Source: Dictyostelium discoideum
Taxonomy: Eukaryota
Assembly (NCBI GenBank): GCA_000004695.1
Contig: CM000151.3
Coordinates: 7,872,001 to 7,936,000, forward strand
Direction of reading: 5' to 3'
DNA length: 64,000 nucleotides
The notes under the pieces were generated by a model, which did no database searches, had not been told where the DNA came from, and saw only the letters and a list, made by a program, of their open reading frames with translations. The position numbers were made by a program, and so were the translations under genes. Positions 21,420 to 35,846 of this stretch are shown here, piece after piece (the stretch's first letter is position 1; every line of letters starts with the position of its first letter).

Positions 21420-22429
21420 TTAGATGGTTAAAATTTGTTCCAATGAGCTTGTGAAATTATTAAACTTATGTTGTGAACCTGATTTATGAATAATTGATAC
21501 TCTAAAACCTTGATCATGATTAATATTTTGTCCACCATTCAAATTAAGAGGTGGCATTTGTTGTTGTTGTGGTTGTTGTTGTTGATGGTGATGATGATGG
21601 TGTTGTTTTGATGGTGAAACTGGATTTATAAATGTTGATGGTTTAATTTCAATCTCACATTCAAATTGTGGAGTACCATCAGAATTTATATGATGTGATC
21701 TAACTATACAATGTTTGATATTTTGTTGTTGTTGTTGTTGTTGATATTTTAATTCAAATCCATACTTTTTAATTATTTTTTCTAAATTTACATAAATTAA
21801 ATTGACATCGATTTTACTTTCAATTACATAGTTTGCTTGAGTAGTTTGTAGTTGTCCAACACCATTTGATTGAAGAGATGGTGAAGAAGGTGCACTACCA
21901 TTAGCAGCATTTAAATTATTACTACTACTATTTTTTGAAAAGAAATAAGAGAACCAAGATTTCTTTGGACTACTACCAATTATTGGTGAATTTGGTGTAT
22001 TACTTTGAGATTCTGAAATTTTTAATTTTCTAACCTTTGATGTTATTTCAATTGGTGATGAAGTTTTACCTCTATGTGACATGGTTGGTGATGTTGCTGG
22101 ATTTGTACTAGCAGTCATTGAACCTCTTCTTTGATAATGGTCTGGTTTAATTGCTGATAATTGTGGTGAGGTTGATGTACTTGATGTTGTTGATGAATTT
22201 GGTGATAAACTTGGTGTTGTCGATGATGATGATGATGATGATGATGCTGACATTGTTAATGGTTGAACATTCATTGTATTGTTATTATTATTACCATTAA
22301 ATTGTTGTTGTTGTTGTTGATGATGTTGTTGTAATGCTTGTTTAAGTAATCCTTCTGATGTTGGTCTATTAACATTATTTGAATTATTATTTATATTATT
22401 ATTTATATTATTATTTATATTGTTATTTA

Positions 22430-22466
<37 letters not shown>

Positions 22467-22624
22467 TATAATTGGTTGTTGAATTGCCATATTATTTGCA
22501 CTATTACTTGGACTAATTTGCATTGATTCTTGTGATGTTGAGTTTGATGGAATTTGTTGACTATGTGGTTGTTGAATATGTGGTGGTTGTTGTGATGATG
22601 AATCATTTGATTTACCAACTGCGC

Positions 22625-22712
<88 letters not shown>

Positions 22713-22729
22713 GTTGTTATTTATGTTGA

Positions 22730-22817
<88 letters not shown>

Positions 22818-23425
22818 ATTATTATTATTTGAACCGCTAAATATTTTCTTTAAAGACATATCAGATAAACTGTTTCTTCTAGTTTCTTTTGGTTTATAAC
22901 CATATTTATTTACATCACTATCAAATTTCTTTCTTTCTTCTAATAATCTATAATAAATAAGTGTTGCTGATTTTTGATTAGAAACTAATTGTTGTTTAAC
23001 TTCATCAATTGTACCAACACCAAGTGCCATTAAACTTCTGAATATATCTTCATCGATTTGTGAATAATCAACTAATGGTTCGGCATTCTAAAATAAAAGT
23101 AATAGTAATAAAAAAAAAAAAATTAAAATTAAAATTTTGTAATTTAAAAATAATAATAATAATTTAATAATTAAAATTTTTACATACAATTTCTTCAACT
23201 GGAGTTGCTTTTTGAAATTGATTGAAATTTGAAACAAACCAAGGATGTTCTTTAATTTCTTTAATTGAAATTCTTTTACTTGGATCAACTGTTAACATTT
23301 TAGTTAACAAATCTTGTGCATCTTTATGAATATATGGTGGCATTGAGAATGCACCATTCTTTACTTTATTTAATAATCTTCTGATATTTTCATCGTCAAA
23401 TGGTAATTTACCCTAAATATTTTAG

Positions 23426-23464
<39 letters not shown>

Positions 23465-24232
23465 AAAAATTAGAATTATATTTTTTATATGTATATATAT
23501 ATTTTAAAATTTACTTACAGTTAAGAGAGCATATAAAATAACACCACAACTCCAAACATCAGCTTTTTGACCATCATAATCAATACCAGATACCACTTCA
23601 GGACTGGCGTAATGTGGTGATCCACAACTTGTATGTAATAACATATCTTTACGAACAATTGAACCCATACCAAAATCTGCGATTTTAATTCTTTTATCAC
23701 CACTTAATAATAAATTCTCTGGTTTTAAATCTCTATGACAAATATTTCTACTATGACAATACTCTAAACCAATGATAATTTGTTGAAAGAAAAATAATGC
23801 TTCACCACTTTCTAAACCACCTTTTTCAACTAAATAATCAAATAATTCACCACCTTCAACATATTCTAAAATTAAAAATCTTAAAAAAAAAAATTAAAAA
23901 AAAAATAATAATTAATTAATTATTTGATTTGATCAAAAAATTTATTTATTTATTTGTTTATTTTTAATTTTATTTTTTACTTACAAATATTTTGAAGTTT
24001 CATAAACTTCATACATTTTCATTGCATTTGGATGATCAATAAGTTTCATTAAAACAATTTCCCTTTCAATCTTTCTACGCATTGATGGTTTATTAATTAA
24101 TAATTCTTTATTGATAATTTTAATTCCAACTTTGAAACCAGTATCTTTATGGAAACCAAGTTTAACTTTACCAGTTGTACCTTGACCCAAGGTTTTACCA
24201 ATAATAAAGGGACCAACACTGTGTATTTCCAT
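21420..24232 (-). CDS. MARK/Par-1-family (AMPK-related) Ser/Thr kinase with a UBA and a C-terminal KA1 domain, 4 exons (24232..23985, 23879..23519, 23412..23188, 23087..21420), ~833 aa
   Basis: Kinase motifs [39 protein letters not shown]-like [19 protein letters not shown]1 tail IKHCIV...FECEIEI...[27 protein letters not shown] aligns with the MARK KA1. Donors GTAAGT/GTATGT, acceptors TTTTAAG/TTTAG. A poly-N/poly-Q tract of >100 aa lies between UBA and KA1. Confidence 0.85.
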
Positions 24233-25280
24233 TGTTTTTTTTATTAAATTCTAAATTATTTTTATTTTTTATTATTATTTTTATTATTTTTATTATTTTT
24301 ATTATTTTTATTATTTTTATTTTTTTTATTTTTTGATTAAAAAAAAAAAAAAAAAAAACTGATTGATTAATTTACAAAAATTCGGTTTTTTGTTTTGTTT
24401 TTGTTATTGTTGGTACAATTTTAGTGATACGGATAAATTATTAAAAAAAAAAAAAAAAAGAAAAAAAAAAAAAAAAAACGCTGTTGTTTCTTTCTTTTTT
24501 GAAAATAAAATGTTTGAATCGATAAAAAATATAGTGAAAAAAAAAACAATAGCTATTGCCACAATCTTTTTTTTTTTTTTTTTTTTTTTTTTTGTGTAAT
24601 GTTGATGGCGAAAAACGTAAAAAAAAAAAAAAAAAAAAAAGATTTTTTAATCACTTTTTTTTTTTTTTTAAAAAAATTTTTTTTCTTCTGCACCGTTTAC
24701 ATTTGATTGGGGTATATACTTTTTACTATTTTCGTTTTTTTTTTTTTTTTTTTTTCTTTTTTTTTATTGGGACAAAACAAAAGAGATATTTTGTTTCTAT
24801 TTTTTTTTTATTTTTATTTTTATTTTAAAAAAAAAAAAATAAAATAAAATAAAATAAAAAAAACTTAAGATATTATTATTATTTTTTTTTTAGTTATTTT
24901 TTTTTTTTTTTTTTTCAGATCCGATTATTATTCGAAAAAAATAAAAAAAGAAAAAAAATTTTAAAATAAACAATACTCCAAAAATAGAGTTAACTGTCTG
25001 ATTAAAGAGTAATACTCTGATGTTAAACAGTTTTTTTTTTTTTTTTTTTTTTAAAGCTAACCATTTCTTTTTTTTCTTTTTTTTTCTTGGAAATATATAT
25101 CTAAATATTTTCAATTAACCTGTTAAATAAATAATAAAAAATTAAGGTTTTTACTTTTAAAACTTTTGGATTAATGGTTTCTTTTCTAAAAAAAAAAAAA
25201 AAAAAAAGAGTTGAAAATATTAAAGAAAAGAAAAAAAAAAAAAAAAATTCAAATAAAACAAAAGAAAGAAAGAAAGAAAG

Positions 25281-25341
<61 letters not shown>

Positions 25342-25441
25342 AATGCATTCAATTATTGGTGATTGTGTGGGGTTTGATTAAAACCGATTTATTGAGATGA
25401 AAAACAACAATTGTTTTAACACAACGATTTTAAATTATTAT

Positions 25442-25476
<35 letters not shown>

Positions 25477-26002
25477 CATGAGGTGGTTGTGGTGGTTACA
25501 AAAAACAAAAATAAAAAAAAAAAATAAAGAATATTATTTGTTGTGAGTTTGTAATATTATCTTTTCTTTTTTATTATAATATGGTTTAAATGAAAGTCGA
25601 TATTATAGTGAATGTGTTTAAACAACAAATAAAAAAAAATAAATAAAAAATTCAATAGCAACAACATCACTAAGTGTATTATCAGAGTGGAAAACTTAAA
25701 TAAAAGTCGTTATTTATTTTCCATAAAATTATTTTCATTTGTTTTAAATACCTTTTTTTTTTTTTTTTTAAAACTATTTAATTTTATTTTTATATTTTTG
25801 GTTTTTTTAATTTTTATTTTTTTTTTTTTTTTTTTATTCAAAGATTTAGATATATAAATATTTATATTTTAATTTTTGGTTTTTTATTAAAAAAAAAAAA
25901 ATTAAATGATATTAATAATAGTAATAATATTTATTAAAAGAAAATTTTAATTGAAATAAAAAAAATTAAAGTTATTTAAAATAATTTTAACCAAATGATC
26001 GA

Positions 26003-26034
<32 letters not shown>

Positions 26035-26173
26035 ACTATTTTTTTTTTTTTATAATTATAATTTTTTATTTTGATTTATTTTATTTTTGTTTTGTGTTTT
26101 TTTTTTTTTTTTATTAATAACCCTGTGTTTTAGGGTAGGAGTGGCAGTGGTTTTGTTTTTAATATTATTAAAA

Positions 26174-26205
<32 letters not shown>

Positions 26206-27791
26206 TTTTAATCAAAGACATAATAAATCACATAATTTTATTTTTAGTTTATGTAAATCTCGTGATGTTAAATTTATCATAATATAATGTTTTTTTTAAA
26301 ATTTTTAAATTTTTTTTTTTTTATTAATATTGTGTTTTCTAATAAAAAGGAGGCAGCCATTCATCATTTTTTTTTCAATTTGTTTTTTTTTTTATTATTA
26401 TAAATCAAATTGTAAATCAAATTTAAATTAAAATGAGGGGGGCACGTTAAAAATAGTTTTTCTCACTAATACACTCCCACACCACACACACTTTAGATTA
26501 AAACTTTTTTTTTTTTTTTTTTTTTTTAAAATCTCAGTGGTAGTGTGATTCATTGATCAAATGCGATTTTCAGTTGGTTGGATTTATAAATATGTGATAG
26601 TAAAATAGATTGAATCTTTTAAGTTTTTTTAATTTTTTTTTTCTTACTCATTTATTTTTATTTTTTTTTTTTTTTTTTCAAATGAGACAACATAACAATA
26701 TTTTTTTATTTTTTTTTTTTAAAAAGTGATAATAATCGTATATTCACTAAAACCACTCGGACAATAAAAACAAAACCAAGGCAGTGATTGAATAAAATAT
26801 ATATATCATGCCCATCTTTTGGGCAACAAAAAAAAAAAAAAAAATTGGTTTAAAAAAAAAAGATATTTTTAACAATACAAAAGTTTATAAAAATAATATT
26901 CATTTAAATTTTAAATTGTTCATTTGAATATTATTTTTATAAACTTTTTTTTTCCATTTATTATAAAATAAAAAAAGAAATTAATGAAATTAAAAAAAAA
27001 AATCAAATAATAGAATTCAAAAAAAAAAAAAAAAAATAAAACATTTGACAACTTTTCTTTTTTTTTTTTTTTATTTCGGCATTATTATATTTTTTTTTTT
27101 TATTTCAACATTTTTTTGAAAAAGCAACAACTACTTAAAGACAACTGTTTCACCCACTGATAAGTCTTTAGGTAAAGGTTTTTATACAATGTGAAATAAA
27201 TATAAAAATTTGTAAAACCACAAACACTAATTCTAAAAGATCTTGATTGATTTGAGGAAATTTTTTTTTTTTTATTTTATATATTTTTTTTTTTTTTTTT
27301 AATATAAAAGAAAAAAAAAAAAAATAAGACATAATACACAATATATAAATAAATAAGAAATAAATAAATAAAAAAAAAGATAGAGAAATTAAAAGAAGAT
27401 ATTTTAAATATATAAAAAAATCTATTTAAAGAAGATATTTTTTTTTTTTTTTTTTTTTTTTAAAAAGTTTTTTTTATCTATTTTTTTTTTATCTTTTTTT
27501 TTTTTTGTTTTTTTTTAATCTTTTTTTTTTCTTGTTTTTTTTTTTTAGTATCCCTTTTTCTTTTTATCTTTTTTTCTTTTTTTCTTTTTTTTTTTTTTTT
27601 CTTTTTTTTTTTTTTCTCTTAAATTTTTTTAATTAAAAAAAAAAAGATTAAATAAAACATATATATGGGTGAATTTTTGGAGATAGAAAAGTAAAAAAAA
27701 AATAAGTAAGGAAGAAGAGGAAAAGAAGGATTGAGATATTAAATTAACTATTTTTTTTGTTTTGTTTTTTGTTTTGTTTTGTTTTGTTTTT

Positions 27792-28713
<922 letters not shown>

Positions 28714-29322
28714 TGTTGTAGTTGTAGTTGTAGTTGTTGTAGTTGTTGGGTTTTGTTTGTGTCTTTAAATTAATTAATAGTGTGGCACGTTTTCGTTTGT
28801 TCATAAAAAAAAAAATTTCAAAAAATTTTATAAAAAAAAAAAAAAAAATTTTAATAAAAAAAAAAAAAATTGAATAAAAAAAAAAAAAAAAAAAATATAA
28901 GAAGAAAAAAGGAAATCAAAATCCTAATTTTTTTTGACAAAGGTTTTATTTTTATAAAAAAATAATAATTAATACAAAATAAACAACTAATTTTTAAAAA
29001 AAAAAAAAAAAATAAAATTAAAAAATAAAAACATATTTTATTGCCATATATGGATATATTTTTTTTTTTTGGATTAGTCCTTTTTATTCTTATTTTAACC
29101 CTATTTCAAAGTATCTTCTCATTTAATCGAATTTTTTTTTTTTTTTTTTTTTCAATTTCCTTTTTTTTTTTTTAATTTCTTTTTTTTTATTTTAATTTTT
29201 TTTTTCAAAAATTAATTAAACACAAATTATATGTTTTTAAACACTAAAAGTTTCTATTTTTTTTTTTATTTATTAAATTTTATCAAAGAAATAATAAATT
29301 TTTTTATTTTAAATATTAAAAA

Positions 29323-29676
29323 ATGATTTTTGAAGGAAATTATAATTTTCAAAATCAAATCAAAGAACAAAAAGAGTCAAATTTTAATTATTCAAACATA
29401 TCACCAATTCAAACACCATTTCCAACACCAACATCAACACCATTATCTTCACCAAAAATAATAGAGAGAACAAGTTCCAATAAAAATTCAAATACACTCA
29501 AATCCATAATATTATCAATTGAAAATGATTTTTCTTATAAAATTAATATTGGTGTAAATACTATTGGACGCTCTTCAACATCATCTATTTCTTTAAAATC
29601 TTCAAAATTAGATACTTCTGTAACTTCACGTAAACATTGTACTATTTGTAAGTATAAATAATTTTTTTTTAAAAAA

Positions 29677-29708
<32 letters not shown>

Positions 29709-30457
29709 ATAATATTATTTTAAATTTAATTTTTTTATTTTTATTAGATTATGATAATTTTGGTTTACGTATTACTAGTAATAGTTTAAATGGATTAACA
29801 AAAATTTATAGAAATGGATGTAATATTTATTTAAGACATAATCAAATATCACCCTTATATGTTGGAGAAACTATTCAAATTGGACATATTAAAGCAAAAA
29901 TTAATTATGGTATAAGTAATAGTCCACAATTAAATTTAGAATCAATGGATAACAATGAAAATGGTAATGGTATTAATGTAAAATCACAACAACCACAACA
30001 AAATAATAATAATAATAATAATAATAATAATTTAAAATTATCAAACCAAGAAATAACCACAAAATCAATTTACCCACCAAATTATCATCAAACTCGTATA
30101 CATCATGTCCGTTTTATTCCTTTTTTTTATAATAGAAAATCAATTTCCTCTTCTTTGTCATCATCATCAGCATCATCATCAGCAGCATCATCATCATCAG
30201 CAGCATCATCATCATCTCTATCACCTGAAATAAAATCAAACAAAATGAAAAAAGTTTGTAAAAAATTAACAAAAAAAAAAACATCAATTAATAGTTTAAG
30301 TTTACTTTTCGATAAAATTAATATTGGAAGTAGTGTTAGTAATAATCATAGTGATGTTGACCAAAATGAAATATATTTTGGTGAAGAACAACAAGAATTA
30401 TGTGTTGGAGGTTTTGATATTGAAAATGAAAATCAAATTGGATATGAATTAAAATAA
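29323..30457 (+). CDS. FHA-domain protein, two exons 29323..29647 and 29748..30457, ~344 aa
   Basis: FHA signature across the splice: NTIGRSSTSS...VSRKHCTI|YDNFGLRITSNSLNGLTKIYRNGCNIY...PLYVGETIQIGHIKAKI. Donor GTAAGT, acceptor TTATTAG, phase 1. Poly-N and poly-S/A tracts downstream. Confidence 0.7.
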
Positions 30458-30631
30458 AATTTAAATCCATTCTAAAAATCAATCAACCATGTTAAAAATA
30501 TAAAAAAAATAAAAAGAATAAATATTAAATTAAACATTAATTTGTTTAATTTAAATAAATAATATTAAAAAGCACAAATGATTATTTAATTTTATAATTT
30601 GTAATGATACTTTATTTAAAACGATTAATAG

Positions 30632-30662
<31 letters not shown>

Positions 30663-30744
30663 CTTTTTTTTTTTTTTCTTTTTTTTTTTTTAAAAAATTA
30701 TTTGTATTAATATTATTATTATTTTTTTTTAAAAAATTAATGGC

Positions 30745-32138
30745 TTAATAGTCCCATTCATCATTTGCATCTTGGAAGTCATCATCATTCCAATTATCAC
30801 CATCTTCATTGTCCCAATCATTATCCCAATCATTACCCCAATCATTATCATTGTCCCAATCATTATCATAGTCATCATCACCATAATAATTGTCATCATC
30901 ATAATCACCATCATAATCACCATCATAGTCACCGTCACGGCCATCATAATCACCATCATATTCATCATCATCATAGTCACGATCATCATAGTCACGATCA
31001 TCATTTTCATTTTCAGCCCAATCAAGGGATCTTGGTTGTCTTGGTGGATCAAATTCACAACTTAAGATACCACCACGTCTTTCAACACATCTATGGAAAT
31101 CTGGACATTCGACATCATCACATCTTGCTTTCTTACAATCTGGAACACATTTTACACCATCAATTTTATCACCACATATGCAATGGTAATTTGGAGGACA
31201 ACGAGTATTATCACAAGTTGGTTTTACACAAATGATTCTGTCTTTGGTGGCAACACATTTTTCATCTCTGGCACATGAATTTGGTTTACAACATGGTCTC
31301 TTTGGAGTTCTCTTGACACAACATTTGGAGCCATCATGTTTGATTTTACATTCATAACCTCTCTTACATTTGAGGTCACATCTATCATGATGACGTTTTT
31401 TAACGCAACATTCTTTACCATGTTCATCATGTTTGCATTCATGACCTGGTGGACATCTTAATCTGCAGATTGGTGGACGTGGATGTGGTTTATGTGGTCT
31501 TGGTCTCCATGAACGGACACAGCATTTACTACCATCATGTTTGATCTTGCATTCATGACCCTTTGGACAACGCAAGTCACAAATATCATCACATTTGATC
31601 TTTACGCAACATTCTTTACCCCATTCATCAACTTTACATTCATGACCTTCTGGACATCTAGTTCTACAAACTGGTGGATATGGTCTCCATGGAACACAAA
31701 GAGCAAGATCTTTTTCCCAATCATATTTGCAATTAAATCCTTTTGGACAATGGACATTATCACATTTATCAAATGGTGGCAATGTAATTTGATCTTCAAC
31801 ACATTGTCTATTACCATTATTTACTTCACAATGATATCTTGGTGGACATTGAAGTGTTGAACAGTCTATATAAAAAAGTCAAGATTTAATAATAATAAAT
31901 AAAAAAAAAAAAAAAAAAAAAAGTATTAATACCAAATTTTTTTATTTTATTATTTTTATGTATATAGTTTAAAATAAAACTTACCTAAAATTGGACCATT
32001 ATTGTTCCAATCACCATTATTGTTCCAATCGCCATTATTGTTCCAATCACCATTATTGTTCCAATCACCATTAACTTCACCATAAACTTTACCTCCCATA
32101 CATAAGGCACCTACAACTAATAATGATAAAATCTTCAT
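30745..32138 (-). CDS. Secreted cysteine-rich repeat protein, two exons 32138..31985 and 31865..30745, ~425 aa. It has a signal peptide, (GDWNNN)4, ~10 tandem Cys modules of type C-x-LRCP-x-GHECK-x-D-x-GKECCV, and an acidic DYDGDYDG/NDWDNDWDN tail.
   Basis: MKILSLLVVGALCMGG signal peptide. The ORF frame is open upstream of the listed M (a non-ATG start) to an ATATAG acceptor. Donor GTAAGT, phase 1. Paralogous to the gene at 60696-62913. Confidence 0.7.
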
Positions 32139-33077
32139 TTTTTTTTTTTTTTGTTTTTTTTTTTTTTAAATTACTAGTTTTTGTTACAAATTGATTTTAC
32201 AAATTTACTAAATATAAAAAACTTTTTATTAGAATTTTTAAATATTAAAAAAATTATTTATTTTAAATTTATGATTTTATAAATATTATATGTTTATTAA
32301 ATTTCTTTTTTTTTTTTATATTAAATTATATATTGATAAATATATATATATATTAATAATTACATTTTAACTTTTTTTAATTGTATTGATATTTAATTTG
32401 AATATGAACAAAATACTACAATGATTTAATATTTTTTTTTTTGAATAATTAAATAGATTATACTTTTTGTCTGTTAACTTTTTTTTTTTTTTTTTGAAAA
32501 TAAAAAATAAATAAATAATAAAAAAAAATAATACAATTTAATAAAAAATAATTATTAAATTTGTTCTATGTTTTACAAATTATAATTGGTGTGAATTTTT
32601 TCATATGCTTGTGTGTTGGGAGTGTGTTTGAAAATAAAATTTTTTTCTATCGCTATTAATAGAAAATTCTCACAGTGTATATATATATTATTGTTTTTTT
32701 GGAAAAAAAAATAATTGAGTTGAAAGTGTGTTAATGTGTGAATGAATATTGAACAATGTACAATAAATAATTTTTATATGAGAAATGTAAAAAATGGGGT
32801 AAATTAGTGTGTGGGTGTGTGAAAAAAAAAACAATTTATTAATTATTTGATTGATATACAAATATTTTAATGTAGTATGGGATTTTTTTTTTGGTATTTT
32901 TATTTTTTTTATTTCTTTTTTTTTTTTATTTTTTTATTTTTTTTTAATAAAAATGTATATTTTTTGTAGATTATTATACCTATGATTTTAATCACAATGA
33001 TTTTTTAAATTTGGATATTCCCAGTAAAATCTTTTTTAATTAAATAGGTTAAAAAATAAAATAAAAAAACAAAATTA

Positions 33078-33111
<34 letters not shown>

Positions 33112-33277
33112 ATTTCCTTAATTTAAAAATGAGTTTGAGTATTAGTTATCTTAGAGTAAATTTAACTTTTTTTCCCTTCAAAAGATTATGTTTTTTTATA
33201 ACCATCTTAAAGAAATAAAAATTAATAAAAATTCTATTATATGTTTTTTTTGAAAATTAAAGAAATAAATTTGAATT

Positions 33278-33285
<8 letters not shown>

Positions 33286-33341
<56 letters not shown>

Positions 33342-33342
33342 G
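33286..33342. repeat. (AAT)19 microsatellite, intergenic
   Basis: Perfect ataataat run. Confidence 0.9.
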
Positions 33343-33629
33343 GAATATTAGTTTATGTTTTAAAATTTAAATTCATTTTGAATTAATTAATTTGAAAATA
33401 ATTCTTAATATATTGAAGTTCAAAAATAAATTTCCATTTGAATTTATTAAAAAAATATATTAGTGATTGTATAAAAAAAAGTTTATTTTATTTTTTCCAA
33501 AATAAAAATAAATATAAAAAAAATAAAGGTATTTTATTTATTTCTTTTGTTTTGTTTTTGTTTTTTTATTTAATTTTATTTTGTTTTTTTTTTCTTTTTT
33601 AGTTTTTTTTATTTTTTTTATTATTTCAT

Positions 33630-35779
33630 TTATAAACTCTTTTTATTTTGATATTCTTTAAGGGCAGATCTATAATCGATTTCAGGTACATGATCAATTG
33701 GAGCATCGAGATCAACATATTCTCTAATTCCTCTTGGATCCATTGAGGAGGTACTGTGTCTTGAGGGTTGAGTTGGATAAGGACGATAACGCATTGATTG
33801 TGGTGGACCGCCATCCATACCAGGAGGGCCACTACCATAACGACCTCCACTACCACCACCATTGCTACTACTATTTGGAGAGAGATTACCTGTTGGACCA
33901 CCATAACTTCGTCTCATTGGAACAGGACCACCCACCATATGAGGAGGGATTGGACCTCCGTTGCCACTACCGCCGCCGCCACCACCAGTGGCAGTGCCAT
34001 TTGCACCACCAGGTCTACCACGCATATTATTTGGTGAGGCGAAAACTGGTGACATAATTTGAACCATACCTTGATTTGGAATCATACCTGGAATGATCAT
34101 TGGAACCACCACAGTTTCCCATTGACCAATGGCAGGATTAAATCTAGTTCTTGGTGTTAACATTTGAGTGGCAGTACCAGGTGGATGACCACCTCTACCT
34201 AAGCCTGTACCACCTGGAGCACTAGGTCCGTAACCACCGAAAACCATTTGATTTTGATTTTGACTTTGCGGTGGTAGTGGTGTGATACGACGTGGATCAG
34301 AGAAATAATTTAAAAAGAATTGTTCCTCTGTTCCTTTTGCTTCCGATTCCTTTTGTAAATCTTCAGGATGCTTTAGATTGATATGTTTCTTTACAAACTC
34401 TGCACCTCTAAATAATTTTGAACATAAACTACATTTAAATTTCTCCTCTTCAATCTTTATGGTATTGGTGGCAATATATTCTTCAGCCGCCTTTTCAATT
34501 GATTCCTTACAAGTATATTGTTCTTCTGATGTTGGAATCTTATTAATCTTATTCTTTGTATTATTATCCAAAGATGTTACCCATAACATTTCACTTTCTG
34601 TTGTTAATTTTGGTTGTTTATTATCAATTTCCATTGATGTTGTTGTTGTTGTTGTTGTTGCTGATGTAGTATTATTTGTTGTTGTTGTTTTTGTTGTTGT
34701 TTCATCATCCTCCATTTCTTTATCTTCATCTACTTTTTCAGGTTTATCTTCTTTTATTTTATCTTGATTTTCTTCTTCTACTTTTTCAGGTTTATCCTCT
34801 TGTATTTTATCTTCTTCTTCTTCTTTATCTTCTTTTATTTTATCTTGTTCTTCTTCTTGTTCTTCTTTATTATTTTCTGTTGTTTTTGTTGTTGTAGTTG
34901 CTGTTGTTGATGTGGTAATTGATGATGATGATGATGATGATGATGATTGAATAGCTGTGTTATTATTATTAATATTATTATTATTATTAATGATTGAAGT
35001 TTGTTCACCCTGTGTTCTTCTTAAATGAATGGTACCACATTTTCTAGTGGTTTCACATTCATCACTAAATTCCTCAGAACAATAATAACAATAAAAATGA
35101 ACATATCTAAGATAGAGTATAGTTCTATCTAAACGTTCAATATTTGTTAATGAATCCCATTTCTCGAATGAATTGATTGGATTATTTGTGATACCTTTAT
35201 TTTCATCAAATAATTTCATCAATGTTGTTGATTGTTCTAAATCAATAGTTATTCTATTCTCTGTTGATGCAATATTTGGTGTAATCTTAAATCTTCTTTC
35301 TGCATCTTCTGATGGTTTATTAATATTTAAATATAAATCGAAATCTCTCATCTACATTTTTTTAAAAAAATATATAAATATTTAAGAAATAAAATTAAAT
35401 TAAAAAAAAAAAAAAAAAAACACATACCTTATGACCATTTAATTCTTTTAATGCTTTTGAAGCGAGTTCAGCATTTTTAAAAGTTACCCAACCTAAACGA
35501 TAAAAGTTTTTATATCTAACTGGTTCACTTAATGTTAACTTTGTAACACAAATTTCACCATTTCCAACTTTATTTAAAACTTCCAATAATTCTTCTTTTG
35601 TACAAGTAGGTGATACTGCTTTAATAAATAATGTTGATTTTTCTTTATCATTAATATTAGATTTATTTATAGATGTTATGCTAGTTGATATATTATTATT
35701 GTTGTTGTTATTGGTATTGCTATTATTATTGTTGTTAGTATTATTATTATTACTCTTTTCTTCTGTTTCTGTTGTTGTA

Positions 35780-35846
<67 letters not shown>

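Noticed and set aside
30765-31235. His-rich and Ile-rich ORFs antisense to the cysteine-rich gene (30729-31860 plus-strand set); also antisense ORFs inside the cyclin, SRRT, kinase and 58691 genes
   Set aside because: They are mirror frames of repetitive coding sequence, with no independent support.
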